From the IMG/VR virus record IMGVR_UViG_2778261505_000002: a DNA stretch of 64,000 nt, one strand, 5' to 3'. The translations under genes and the position numbers were made by a program. The notes below the pieces were generated by a model that worked only from the letters and a program-made list of their open reading frames with translations, had not been told where the DNA came from and did no database searches. Numbering within the stretch: position 1 is the first letter of the stretch; every line of letters begins with the position of its first letter. Origin of the DNA: a virus (lineage: Duplodnaviria; Heunggongvirae; Uroviricota; Caudoviricetes). Positions 27,322 to 37,436 of the stretch are shown one piece after another.

Positions 27322-29430
27322 ATGTCTAAAAAACGTTCCATCAAAGAGGTTCAGGACTTCCGTGACAGTGTAAAACGAGTAGTCGCTCTCCTTTCAGGTA
27401 AAAACATCCCTGTTGCAGAACGAGGGGACGACGCTTATGTTCGCTATAACGATGATGGAGAGCCAATTCTCGTAAACATCCCATCAATCCCGGATAACGC
27501 AACACCGGCATTGATGAATGCTGTGCGCGGATTTCTCGATCATGAGGTTGCTCACATTTTGTTTACCGATATTCGTGTGTCCAACAAAATGAGAGAAAAA
27601 GGACGCGTTCCTTCCTGGTCGCTATGGAATGCCTTAGAAGACGTGTTCATCGAGCGAAAAATGGGTCAGGTCTTTAACGGAACAAGACGTAATCTGATGG
27701 CAACTCAGCGCCTTATAATCGAAAAAGTCTTTAAACCAAAGGCTTCAGAGGCTATTGCTTATTGTGGCAAAGATCAGCGCGCGCTTTTTCTAAACTTCTT
27801 TCTCTGTCCGGTTGTAAGAGCCTGGGATGGCCAAGCACCGTTCGTAGATTTCATGGATGAATATTGGCCTGTCATTGAGAAACCAATTTCATTATTAAAA
27901 GAACATGGTATCGATGTGGCCGTGCGTAACATGTCTTGCACCGAGGATTGTGTAAAGGTGGCTGCGACCATAGCTAAGATCCTCAAAGACACTGAAAGTG
28001 AAAGCAAAGGTAAGGAGTCAGCTCCGGGAAAAACTTCCGATCCTTCAGACGCTGACCAGACGGATGCCTCTGGAGAAAACAGTGAAGACAACGAAGATCA
28101 TGAGACACCCTCAGTGTTAGATAATCACAAATCTATCAAATCAGAATCACACAGTAAGCACAAACATGATAATAACGACAGTGATGATTCAGATAATTCT
28201 GAATCATCAGAAACAATATTCGATGATACAGAAAATGATAAAGAGGTATCAGATTCTGATGCTTCTGATAACGCGGCGTCAGAATCATTAACCGCTGACC
28301 ACGAAAAAAGAAAAACGACAGAAGACGGCTCTTCAGATATCCCAACTCCGTCAAAAATGAGTCTGGAAGAGGCTTTAGAGGAGTTGGATAGCATGGAAGA
28401 TGAAGTCGGAGGCATGACAGAAGATGCGCTATCCGAAACGATTAAAAGCGAGTTAACAGAAAGCTCGAAAAGCGAATACAGGCCATACAATCGCTCATAC
28501 GACTTCATCGGCTCGATTGATCAGGCAGAAGCCCATATCAAACGGCTTATTAAAACATTCTCCGATATTGATTTGGGAGGATATCCAATCAGCCGCTATC
28601 GCATCGTTCCTGAAGGCAACCAGCTCTTCGACAAATATATTGAAAAGCATCTTTCGTCAGGTGTTTCGTCGACGCTGGCAAAAGACCTGGAGCGAGCAAT
28701 AGCAAGCAGAAACAGAGTTCAGTTTATACCGGGCCAGCGTCGGGGGCGCATTCATGGTTCTAGTATCTACAGATTAGCAATGAATGATGCTCGCGTGTTT
28801 CGTAAAAAAGAAGAATCTAAAGCCGTTAACGCCTGTGTTCAACAAGTGATTGATTTATCAGGTTCAATGAGTGGTATAACGATACAATTGGCTCTTGCAA
28901 GTGCATATACCATCGCCGATGCCCTTGATCGAATAAATGTTCCCAACATTATCACCGGCTTCACTACATTTGGTAGTCATATGGCGGCAGGAGAACTTAA
29001 GGCTGTCAAGTATGAGTTCTCTCGCTTTGAATCTTTAATGCTACCTATCATCAAAAATTGGAATGAAAAGGTAAATTCTCGCGAAGTTCGCTCACGTATG
29101 GGGTGCGTAGGCTACACATTCCCACTTCTTAATAACGTGGATGGTGAAAGCATAGCCAGCCTTGCATCGTTATTTTCCGGTCGCTTGGAGGACAGGAAGA
29201 TCATGCTTGTTCTGAGTGATGGCGCGCCGTGGGCTGTTGGGAGAGGTTTTGACGCTCATTTGCGTTCAGTTGCGAAGCAAATTGAAACGCAGACTGATAT
29301 TGATTTGATGGCAATTGGCATCATGACTGACGCACCGGAGAGATTTTACTCAAATCATGCCCTGGTAACGAGCGTTGATAGTCTTGGTTCATCTGTAGTT
29401 ACTGAACTATCTCGTATCATTTTAAAGTGA
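27322..29430 (+). CDS. vWA-domain protein with acidic Ser/Asp-rich linker (CobT-like partner of an AAA+ ATPase)
   Basis: C-terminal MIDAS-type motif (VIDLSGSMSG ... LVLSDGAP); ~130-aa low-complexity acidic stretch (SDDSDNSESSE...); directly upstream of a MoxR/CobS-like AAA+ gene. Confidence 0.65.
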   Translation: MSKKRSIKEVQDFRDSVKRVVALLSGKNIPVAERGDDAYVRYNDDGEPILVNIPSIPDNATPALMNAVRGFLDHEVAHILFTDIRVSNKMREKGRVPSWSLWNALEDVFIERKMGQVFNGTRRNLMATQRLIIEKVFKPKASEAIAYCGKDQRALFLNFFLCPVVRAWDGQAPFVDFMDEYWPVIEKPISLLKEHGIDVAVRNMSCTEDCVKVAATIAKILKDTESESKGKESAPGKTSDPSDADQTDASGENSEDNEDHETPSVLDNHKSIKSESHSKHKHDNNDSDDSDNSESSETIFDDTENDKEVSDSDASDNAASESLTADHEKRKTTEDGSSDIPTPSKMSLEEALEELDSMEDEVGGMTEDALSETIKSELTESSKSEYRPYNRSYDFIGSIDQAEAHIKRLIKTFSDIDLGGYPISRYRIVPEGNQLFDKYIEKHLSSGVSSTLAKDLERAIASRNRVQFIPGQRRGRIHGSSIYRLAMNDARVFRKKEESKAVNACVQQVIDLSGSMSGITIQLALASAYTIADALDRINVPNIITGFTTFGSHMAAGELKAVKYEFSRFESLMLPIIKNWNEKVNSREVRSRMGCVGYTFPLLNNVDGESIASLASLFSGRLEDRKIMLVLSDGAPWAVGRGFDAHLRSVAKQIETQTDIDLMAIGIMTDAPERFYSNHALVTSVDSLGSSVVTELSRIILK

Positions 29431-29525
29431 ACAAAACAGCCTTAATGATAAGTAACCACTTACGATAGATGATGATATATTTATATAAGAAGTTGAACGC
29501 TCATTAGAGAACAAAGGAAAAACGC

Positions 29526-30761
29526 ATGACGACTACTGCACTGCAAAATGAAAAAAATCCTTCTGATTACCTTGTTTGCAAGTGGTGCGGCAAATCATTT
29601 CACTATTTTAAGTCCCATGTAGCCAATGGTAATTGCGAGGGCATTCCTGAGTCAGTAAAAGATGCCGATCCTGACACCGTACTGAAAATGTACACAACGC
29701 AGTTTCCAGATGAACCAACGCTATCGAAAAAGGCACTTGATGCAATTCAAGCTAAACGTGCCGAGCAAAAAAGCGAAATGGCCAAATCTTCTGGCTTGAC
29801 CAGTAGCCCTGGCTACACAGGCACAGTTGAGTACAAGACAGATCTGGTCGCAGCTCACGAACTGCTAAACGTAACGGTGGAAGAACTCGGAACAAAACGT
29901 GGGACGCCGCTCATGGTTAGCGTCAACGTCAATACGCCGTATCCAGAGTTCGTTCCCGAAGTGAAGAAAGGCTACGTATATGGCGACTTCGAACTGATCA
30001 AAGATATTTTCATGATGCTTGAACTTGGCATACCTGGCTATTTGTGGGGTCATGCAGGAACAGGCAAATCGTCATTGCCTACACAGCTATGTGCTTTGCT
30101 CAATCGTCCGTTGATCCGTGCCCAACATACAGCATCAATGGAAGAGGCACATGTTACGGGGCAAATTCTGGCGCGTGATGGCTCTACGTATTTCGAACCT
30201 GGCTTGCTTGCGCTCGCAATGAAGCATGGCTGGGTTTACCTCGCGGATGAATACGACTTTGCGTTTCCACAAATTCTTGGCGTGTATCAGCCAGTGCTGG
30301 AAGGTGAAGCGTTGGTCATCAAAGAGGCAACTCCAGAATGGCGTCGCATTACTCCGCATGAACGGTTTGCTTTCATTGGCACTGGCAACACGAACGGATC
30401 TGGTGATGAAACCGGCTTGTACCAGGGTACAAACATCCAGAACGCCGCGAACTTTTCGCGTTTTGGCATCGTTTCGAATGTGAAATACATGAGCAAAGAC
30501 GCAGAGATCAACATGCTGACAAATGCAGGCATCGTGGATGAATACGCTGAAAAGATGGTTAAGTTTGCCGGTATCGTTCGCGATGGATACGAAGAACACC
30601 TCATTAGTCAGCCAATTGGCCCTCGTGAACTTTTGTTGTCGGCCAAGATTGGAATGATGCGAGGCGACTTTGTGACAGGTATTGAGCGTTCTTTCATTAA
30701 CAAACTCCCTTCAGCTTCTGCACAAGCGGCTCGTGAAGTTGTTCAAAAAATATTTGGTTAA
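29526..30761 (+). CDS. AAA+ ATPase, MoxR/CobS-like
   Basis: Walker A GHAGTGKSS, Walker B (WVYLADEYD), sensor region; N-terminal Cys/His cluster (CKWCGKSFHYFKSH). Confidence 0.7.
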   Translation: MTTTALQNEKNPSDYLVCKWCGKSFHYFKSHVANGNCEGIPESVKDADPDTVLKMYTTQFPDEPTLSKKALDAIQAKRAEQKSEMAKSSGLTSSPGYTGTVEYKTDLVAAHELLNVTVEELGTKRGTPLMVSVNVNTPYPEFVPEVKKGYVYGDFELIKDIFMMLELGIPGYLWGHAGTGKSSLPTQLCALLNRPLIRAQHTASMEEAHVTGQILARDGSTYFEPGLLALAMKHGWVYLADEYDFAFPQILGVYQPVLEGEALVIKEATPEWRRITPHERFAFIGTGNTNGSGDETGLYQGTNIQNAANFSRFGIVSNVKYMSKDAEINMLTNAGIVDEYAEKMVKFAGIVRDGYEEHLISQPIGPRELLLSAKIGMMRGDFVTGIERSFINKLPSASAQAAREVVQKIFG

Positions 30762-30941
30762 TCGTGCGTAAAGGATGTTTCGGCTCTCTTATCGCTGCTT
30801 CTGAAACTGGTAAGGCTTGTCTGGTGTGTCCAGACAAGCCCGATTGTCACCAATCAGCAAAAGAAGTTGCGATTTCGATGCATGGGAAGTTCGTAGGCTT
30901 CCCCAATGACAAAATCAAAAAAACCAGAAAGGTAAAAACAC

Positions 30942-33900
30942 ATGAAGGCACTGATGGTTCGAACTGACTTCTCACTTGGGGAGTCGGCTCTAAAAGCAGA
31001 AAACGCGGTGAAGATTGCCAGAGAAGCTGGCTACACCGCTGTAATTTCAGCAGATAGCATGAATATTGCGAGCGTTATTCCACTACAACGTGCCGCTGGT
31101 GACGACATGGCGGTTATTTGTGGTGTGAAACTAAACATTGTTGATGATCCCACATACGAGCACCGGGCTAAACTTGCTAAAGAATCTATGAGATGTATGG
31201 AATCATTAGAGCGAGGACGTAACTACTCGTTTACCGCTCTAATTAAAAATGAGAAAGGATATCGCGACATCTGCGAACTAATGACGGCGGCCAACACACG
31301 AGAACAGTTCTACTTTGTACCGCGTCTCTCGCTCGAACAGTTGGTTTCTACATATGCCAAAGGCAACATCATCCTGCTTACTTCCGACATCGGTAGCGTG
31401 TTCCAACGCAACGATTTTGCAAAAATCATAAGCACACTGATTACAGCGGGTGGAAAAGACAACTTCTATAGTGTGGTTTATCCGCACCCTACCCCATTCT
31501 ACGACCAGATTAACGTCCGGGCGATGAAAGTCGCCAGCGCATTGAAAATAGAGCCAGTGGCGTTCTATCCCGCTTATTACGAATCGATCGACGATGCAGA
31601 CATTAAAGACATTGCGCACATGGTTACGAACAACATCAAAATCGACCAGCCGCATCGTCTGCGTATCCCCCACCAGCGAGATAACGCCGTCAATGGTCGC
31701 CGCCATCTCCTTGAGGCGCTTAAAGCCTTCTCCGTTCGCATGGATGTGCCGGTAACAGCTGCAATGGCCTCAACAACGCAGGATACCATTATCGATGCCT
31801 GCACATGGCGCTGGCATGAATTGCCGCCAGCACTGCCAAAGATGGCAGACGACGAGCCTGCAACGCTGATGAAACTGGCTGTTGCAGGGCTGCGTAAACG
31901 TCTTACCACAAAAGAGTTTGGATACACACCACCTGCTTCTGAGAACAGGGTTTATGTTGAGCGGCTAAAGTACGAAATGGACACGCTGACTCGCCTGGGA
32001 TTCTGTGGTTACTTCCTGATGGTACGCGATCTGATGAATCACAGCCGTGAAACTGGCATTCCTGTCGGGCCTGGTCGTGGTTCCTCCGCTGGATCTCTGG
32101 TGGCATGGTGCATAGGCATAACCAACGTCGACCCAATCCGTCACGGTCTTCTGTTTGAGCGTTTCATCAACCCTGAGCGTCTCGACTTGCCAGATGCGGA
32201 TTTGGACTTCAGCCAGGCACGTCGCCATGAGGTGATCGAGTATCTGAATGAACGATACGGCGAAGATTACGTTGCAGGTATTCCTAACTTCACATATCTG
32301 GGCGCAGCCTCTGCACTACGTGACACCGCTCGTATTTATGGTGTGGAGTCCGCAGATATGGCGGTATCAAAAGAGCTGAGGAACGTCGAGGATGATAGCC
32401 TTCCATTGGAAGAGCTGCGCGAACAACTGGCAAGTCTCGACAAATACGCGACAAAATACCCTGATGCATTCAATGCAGCCTGCAAGTTACAAAGCCTTAT
32501 GCGTGGCTTTGGTAGACATGCGGCAGGGATGATTGTAGCAGGTGTTCCTCTGACAGAACGTACACCGGTTGAACGACGTGGTGACGCGCGTTGTATCGCA
32601 TTTGACAAGCGTTACTGCGAGGCTATGGGCCTAATTAAGCTGGACGTGCTTGGCCTGGCAACTCTCGATTTGCTCGATAGTGCAAAACGCTACATAAAAG
32701 AGAACACAGGTGAAGATATCAATCTTGATGCCATTTCTCTTGAAGATCGCAAGGTGCTGGATGGTTTTGCTGCTGGGTACACTCAAGGTGTTTTCCAGCT
32801 TGAATCAGGCCCAATGCGCAAGCTGCTTAAAGATTTAGGTGGTGGAATTGAGCCAATGAGCTTTAAAACGGTCGTTGCTACGACTGCGCTCTTCCGGCCG
32901 GGGCCAATTCAGTCAGGCATGTTGGATGATTATGTTTCTGTCGCCAAAGGCTTTATGACGCCGGAATCATTACACCCCGTTCTTGATGAACTTACCGCAG
33001 AAACAAATGGCGTGATTCTTTATCAGGAACAGACGATGAACGCGACTCGATTGCTTGCTGGCTTCACAATGGCTGAAGCTGACGGCGTTCGTAAAGCGAT
33101 CGGCAAAAAAGACATGGAGAAAATGAAGAGCATGGGTGAGAAGTTCATCGTTCAGGCTCAAGCTGGCTGGATAGACGTTGAGCTGGAAGATGGCACTACA
33201 CAGCGCATTCACCGTGCGGAACATTTTAAATGCGAAGACGGAACACTGAAAACTGTCGAAGAGGCACTTGAGTACGGCGCAAAACTACCTATAAACGCAG
33301 TACGCGTTACAGCGTCACATCCAGGGCTATCAGAGATGAAAGCGAAGGAGATCTGGACCGCATTCGAAAAGAATGGTGCCTACCAGTTCAACAAATCACA
33401 CTCTGTTGCTTACTCCTTAATCAGTTATCAATCTATGTGGTTGAAAACTCATTATCCCGCAGAGTTTTTCGCTGCTGCTCTCACTATTCTTGGCGAAGAT
33501 AAACACCAGGGGCTGGTTAAAGATGCGCTGACCTATGGTATTCGCGTATTGCCACCAGACGTTAACGTGTCATCTAACCGAATCGAGATCCGCACGCTTG
33601 AAGATGGCAGCCAGGTGCTGTATGCGCCCTTCTCTGCTGTGAAAGGGTGTTCTGAGAATGGCTGCCAAGCCATCATGAGAGCGCGAGAAAAAGTTGGCGG
33701 CAAATTCGAGTCACTGGCGCAATTCGAAGAAGCTGTCGAGAAACGTGCCTGTAATAGTCGAGTGCGCGAATCACTGCAAAAAGTAGGTGCGTTTGCATCC
33801 ATCGAGCCAGGTAGTCTGCCAGCAACTGATCCAGAGCGTCTCCGCGACCAGGCTGAATTGATGGGAAACCTTGTCATAGACGCAGTTAAAGCCTCACGTC

Positions 33901-34460
33901 CGTTTGAGATGAACCCCAAACGTTCGGCTGAAATTAACGCACTCATGACACGGATGGCGGCTGAAATGGGCTTAGGTGATGAACTAATCCGCCCCAGCAT
34001 TGGTATTAAGCCGAAAATCATGATCATTCTGGACAATGCGAACGGCAATGATGCTCGAACCGGTTACTTCATGGAGAACGGATACGACGACTTTAAGGCC
34101 AAGCTATTGACGGCTGGAGATTTACGCATGGGCGATCTCTATGTCACAGGCGTTTGCAAGAAGGTTAAAGACAAAGAAAAAGACTACACCAAAGACGAGA
34201 TCGGCCAGTTCACCGACTTTATACGTGAAGAGATCAATCTGGTGCGTCCGACCTATGTGCTGACGTGTGGCAGCCGGGCAACGGCATTGTTTAACAACAA
34301 AAACAAGCCATCCGATTTGGTCGGCAGGAAGGAGTATCTTCCAGACCTTGACGTTACTGTCTTTTACGGGTTTAACCCCAACATTCTTTACTTCAGACCT
34401 GAAGAGGGAGAACGACTAGAAGCGATATTAGCCGACGTAGCAGAAACTATTAAGACGTGA
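30942..34460 (+). CDS. dnaE: DNA polymerase III alpha subunit (DnaE-type, with PHP domain)
   Basis: 1172 aa; N-terminal PHP-like start, polymerase core motifs GPGRGSSAGSLVAWCIGITNVDP and FERFINPER...DADLDF, downstream HhH-like segment. Confidence 0.9.
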   Translation: MKALMVRTDFSLGESALKAENAVKIAREAGYTAVISADSMNIASVIPLQRAAGDDMAVICGVKLNIVDDPTYEHRAKLAKESMRCMESLERGRNYSFTALIKNEKGYRDICELMTAANTREQFYFVPRLSLEQLVSTYAKGNIILLTSDIGSVFQRNDFAKIISTLITAGGKDNFYSVVYPHPTPFYDQINVRAMKVASALKIEPVAFYPAYYESIDDADIKDIAHMVTNNIKIDQPHRLRIPHQRDNAVNGRRHLLEALKAFSVRMDVPVTAAMASTTQDTIIDACTWRWHELPPALPKMADDEPATLMKLAVAGLRKRLTTKEFGYTPPASENRVYVERLKYEMDTLTRLGFCGYFLMVRDLMNHSRETGIPVGPGRGSSAGSLVAWCIGITNVDPIRHGLLFERFINPERLDLPDADLDFSQARRHEVIEYLNERYGEDYVAGIPNFTYLGAASALRDTARIYGVESADMAVSKELRNVEDDSLPLEELREQLASLDKYATKYPDAFNAACKLQSLMRGFGRHAAGMIVAGVPLTERTPVERRGDARCIAFDKRYCEAMGLIKLDVLGLATLDLLDSAKRYIKENTGEDINLDAISLEDRKVLDGFAAGYTQGVFQLESGPMRKLLKDLGGGIEPMSFKTVVATTALFRPGPIQSGMLDDYVSVAKGFMTPESLHPVLDELTAETNGVILYQEQTMNATRLLAGFTMAEADGVRKAIGKKDMEKMKSMGEKFIVQAQAGWIDVELEDGTTQRIHRAEHFKCEDGTLKTVEEALEYGAKLPINAVRVTASHPGLSEMKAKEIWTAFEKNGAYQFNKSHSVAYSLISYQSMWLKTHYPAEFFAAALTILGEDKHQGLVKDALTYGIRVLPPDVNVSSNRIEIRTLEDGSQVLYAPFSAVKGCSENGCQAIMRAREKVGGKFESLAQFEEAVEKRACNSRVRESLQKVGAFASIEPGSLPATDPERLRDQAELMGNLVIDAVKASRPFEMNPKRSAEINALMTRMAAEMGLGDELIRPSIGIKPKIMIILDNANGNDARTGYFMENGYDDFKAKLLTAGDLRMGDLYVTGVCKKVKDKEKDYTKDEIGQFTDFIREEINLVRPTYVLTCGSRATALFNNKNKPSDLVGRKEYLPDLDVTVFYGFNPNILYFRPEEGERLEAILADVAETIKT

Positions 34461-34468
34461 TCCCATAA

Positions 34469-34495
34469 ACATGGCCTCTATGGCCATGTTTTCCC
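34469..34495 (+). terminator. Rho-independent terminator
   Basis: AACATGGCC-TCTAT-GGCCATGTT followed by TT run. Confidence 0.6.
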
Positions 34496-34585
34496 TTATC
34501 CCCTCATATCCCCTATCCTCGAACTCCTTGCCTTATCATCACAATGATATAATCAATATAAGATGATAAGTAAAAAGGAAAGCAC

Positions 34586-35017
34586 ATGATCACCGATATT
34601 TACGAGAAAATAATGTCTGATCTCGAGTTTGACCGAGACAATCTGGAGGAAGTCTGGCGTAGACAACCCCGCCTTTTAATGGAGTATGGCTCAAAACTCG
34701 CTCATGCAGAAAGAAGTGTCGCAGAGGCAAAACTTAACCTTGAAGCTGTTGAAGCAAAGCTATACGACACAGAGCGTAAGAACTTGAGTATGAACGGCAT
34801 TAAGTTCAACGAATCTGTACTGGACGCTAAGGTTAAAACAAACCCACAGTATCTGTCTAAACGGCAGAAGTTGGATGAAGCACGGCACATCGCAGACATA
34901 TACAAACATGCTGTCGCCGCCTTTTCGCATCGCCGAGACATGATCGTTCAGGCGTCAAAGATGGCCATCGTTGAATTAGAGCGATTAGGCTCTGAACGCT
35001 TTATTACTCCCCGTTGA
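34586..35017 (+). CDS. Hypothetical protein; possible recombination mediator (UvsY-like)
   Basis: 143-aa mostly helical ORF directly upstream of the gp32-like SSB; UvsY-like size and charge pattern only. Confidence 0.3.
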   Translation: MITDIYEKIMSDLEFDRDNLEEVWRRQPRLLMEYGSKLAHAERSVAEAKLNLEAVEAKLYDTERKNLSMNGIKFNESVLDAKVKTNPQYLSKRQKLDEARHIADIYKHAVAAFSHRRDMIVQASKMAIVELERLGSERFITPR

Positions 35018-35134
35018 TTTTTGATAGATAATAAGTAAGTACTGATCTATCATTTAACAGCTCGAAAGAGCCACGAATGAACGAAAGCCCAACGCGCATA
35101 GCGCCATCGGCCAAATCACAACAAGGAGAAACAC

Positions 35135-36163
35135 ATGTCTAAGACATTACTTGATTTGCTTAACAAAACTCGTGAAGACATTGCCGCCAAACGTGGTAAC
35201 AACGTTGATCTGACTCGCTTAAAAGACGGCGTCAACTATATTCGCATCTTCCCGAATAAAGACGACCCAAACGGTAAGTTCTTCCAGACTTTCGGTATGC
35301 ACTACGTTAAGTATCAGAACGAGGAAGGTAAAGAAGCAACCAACGCTTATATTTGTGAGCAACATACTCACGGTCGCGCTTGTCAGCTATGCGAAATGGT
35401 GATGGAAGGTCGCGCTCGTCACAAGGGTAACAAAGCAATGGAAGAACGCATCGGTCAAATGCGTGCCACTCCTCGCTACCTGGTCAACGGCATTCTTTCT
35501 GCTCGTGAGGATTTCGCAGATGCTGAGAAATGCCAGTTAATCGAGCTGCCGTCTACTGTATTCGATGATATCTGCAAAGCAATCACCGAAGACATCGCTG
35601 ATGATATCGGCAATCCACTGAGCAAAGAGGAAGGCTACGCATTCCTGATTAAACGTACTGGCTCTGGTCGCGATACCAAATATGACGTCTCGCCTAAGCG
35701 TAAAGTCTACAAAGGCGATATCGAAGATAAATTCTGGAATACCCAGCATGATCTGATCGCATACGCAAATCAGGCTGATGAAACTCGTCTTCTGTCGACA
35801 GTTCGCACTATGGGTCGTCTGATTGGCATCGCTGCACCAACTGCCGCAGCATCTGCACCAGCAATTTCCTCAACCGCGAAAACATCGGCTGCGGCACTAC
35901 CTGGATTTGGCTCTGTCACTGGTCATACGGAGGGTGCGACTGCTGTAGCTACCGCTCATACCCCAGCTTCTGAACCAACCAGTCTGGTTGATGAAGAAAT
36001 CCTCCGTGCCGTTGAAACTGAATTTAAACCAGAAGCAAGTCCCGCTGCCGTTGCAGTATCAGTCAAAGAGTCTGAAGCAGTCGCAGCGACATCTGTAGCA
36101 GCCGCATCTGCGACGGAAGATGAAGGTCTGGATGACCTACTGAGAGAGCTGGACTCTCTGTAA
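35135..36163 (+). CDS. Single-stranded DNA-binding protein, T4 gp32-like
   Basis: IRIFPNKDD motif and His/Cys cluster (CEQHTHGRACQLC) matching the gp32 zinc-binding subdomain; acidic C-terminal tail (EDEGLDDLLRELDSL). Confidence 0.75.
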   Translation: MSKTLLDLLNKTREDIAAKRGNNVDLTRLKDGVNYIRIFPNKDDPNGKFFQTFGMHYVKYQNEEGKEATNAYICEQHTHGRACQLCEMVMEGRARHKGNKAMEERIGQMRATPRYLVNGILSAREDFADAEKCQLIELPSTVFDDICKAITEDIADDIGNPLSKEEGYAFLIKRTGSGRDTKYDVSPKRKVYKGDIEDKFWNTQHDLIAYANQADETRLLSTVRTMGRLIGIAAPTAAASAPAISSTAKTSAAALPGFGSVTGHTEGATAVATAHTPASEPTSLVDEEILRAVETEFKPEASPAAVAVSVKESEAVAATSVAAASATEDEGLDDLLRELDSL

Positions 36164-36177
36164 TCCCATTACGTGAC

Positions 36178-36208
36178 CAGTAAGGCGTCTACGGACGCCT
36201 TACTTTTT
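36178..36208 (+). terminator. Rho-independent terminator (GGCGTC hairpin family)
   Basis: TAAGGCGTC-TACG-GACGCCTTA followed by CTTTTT. Confidence 0.85.
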
Positions 36209-36223
36209 GGAAGGAATGTACCG

Positions 36224-37168
36224 GTGAATTATCTCTTCGTAGATGGCAATAGCCTGGGTTATTACCACCAACAATCTGACAAATTGCACAACGGCGAAAT
36301 GGAAGTACAGGCTGCTTTCGGCTTTGTTAAGAACGTCCGTCGTTATGCCTCCATCCTTCATGCCCGACCTATGATTCTTTGGGATGGATTTAGTGACAAG
36401 CGTCGCGACTTTTACCCGGACTACAAAGCAAATCGCGACGACGATCCTGATATGAAAAAGATGAAGGAAGGCTTTGCTATCCAGAAGCCATACATCCTCA
36501 AAATGATGACCGCGCTTGGAGTTACCCAACTCATTGCAAAAGATGCAGAAGCGGATGATCTGGCCGGGCTGCTGGTAGCCAGCATTGCACCGCAGCCAAT
36601 CGTTGAACACATCTATCTGTTAACAGGCGATAGCGACTGGCTTCAGTTAGTTCGCGAAAACGTAAGCTGGGTAAGCCTGCGCGAAGACGCCAAAAACAAG
36701 CAGGTTAATTTTGAGCAATTTGCGGAACTGACAGGATTCGCTACTCCTCGCGCATTTTTGGAAGCAAAAGCATTACAAGGCGATAACTCGGACAACATTA
36801 GCGGTGTTGGTGGCATTGGTGCTGGCGGTGCGAAAGAGCTGCTGCATGAATGGGGAAGTGTCGCAACGATGGTACGCGGCATCAACGACGGCTCAATCGT
36901 GGTTAATAAAGGGCGTCATAAGACCGCCTTCAACAAACTAGCGAAGAATGCCTTCAACGAGAAAACAGGCTGTCGAATGCTCGAAGCGTTCAAGAGAAAC
37001 ATCACGCTAATGAACCTGATTGAGACGAAGTTTCCGCCTACCGAAATCGAAACAATCAAAGGCAATCGTGACGTGAAAGCATTCGAGCAACTGTGCTACG
37101 AGCTGAATTTCCGTTCGTTCCTTGAAGACCTTGAAGTGTTTGTTCTTCCATTCGAAAGGTATTGCTAA
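36224..37168 (+). CDS. 5'-3' exonuclease / flap endonuclease (FEN, RNase H-like)
   Basis: LFVDGNSL, AKDAEADD and LLTGDSDWLQL acidic motifs; start set at GTG after GGAAGGAA RBS because the track ATG at 36173 lies inside the upstream terminator. Confidence 0.75.
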   Translation: MNYLFVDGNSLGYYHQQSDKLHNGEMEVQAAFGFVKNVRRYASILHARPMILWDGFSDKRRDFYPDYKANRDDDPDMKKMKEGFAIQKPYILKMMTALGVTQLIAKDAEADDLAGLLVASIAPQPIVEHIYLLTGDSDWLQLVRENVSWVSLREDAKNKQVNFEQFAELTGFATPRAFLEAKALQGDNSDNISGVGGIGAGGAKELLHEWGSVATMVRGINDGSIVVNKGRHKTAFNKLAKNAFNEKTGCRMLEAFKRNITLMNLIETKFPPTEIETIKGNRDVKAFEQLCYELNFRSFLEDLEVFVLPFERYC

Positions 37169-37434
37169 TGCTTAAATCGATTATCAATGGCGCTACAACC
37201 ACCCCTGCCCAACTGGCAAAAGAGATTGTCTTTTATCACGGTGAGTACGCTGTCATCGCACTGCCGTCAATTCTAGGCGCTGCCGGAATGAAAGCGACAG
37301 ATCGCGAGTTTGGATTAGTCAGCGAGCAGGTCGTAAAAATCCTCGCTCGTGTATCCAGACTCCTTAACCACGATGCGATTGTATTCGATGAATCCGCCGC
37401 TTTAAAACGAATCAACGAAACAAAAGGAGCCTGA
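37162..37434 (+). CDS. Hypothetical protein
   Basis: 90-aa ORF overlapping the FEN stop; AAAGGAG RBS precedes the following gene. Confidence 0.4.
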   Translation: MLMLKSIINGATTTPAQLAKEIVFYHGEYAVIALPSILGAAGMKATDREFGLVSEQVVKILARVSRLLNHDAIVFDESAALKRINETKGA

Positions 37435-37436
37435 TC

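Noticed and set aside
30764-30967. 67-aa ORF overlapping the dnaE start
   Set aside because: No convincing RBS and it overlaps the polymerase initiation region; may be a leader peptide but is unsupported
31278-32228. Minus-strand ORFs (77-142 aa) inside dnaE
   Set aside because: Antisense to a strongly motif-supported polymerase gene; no start signals
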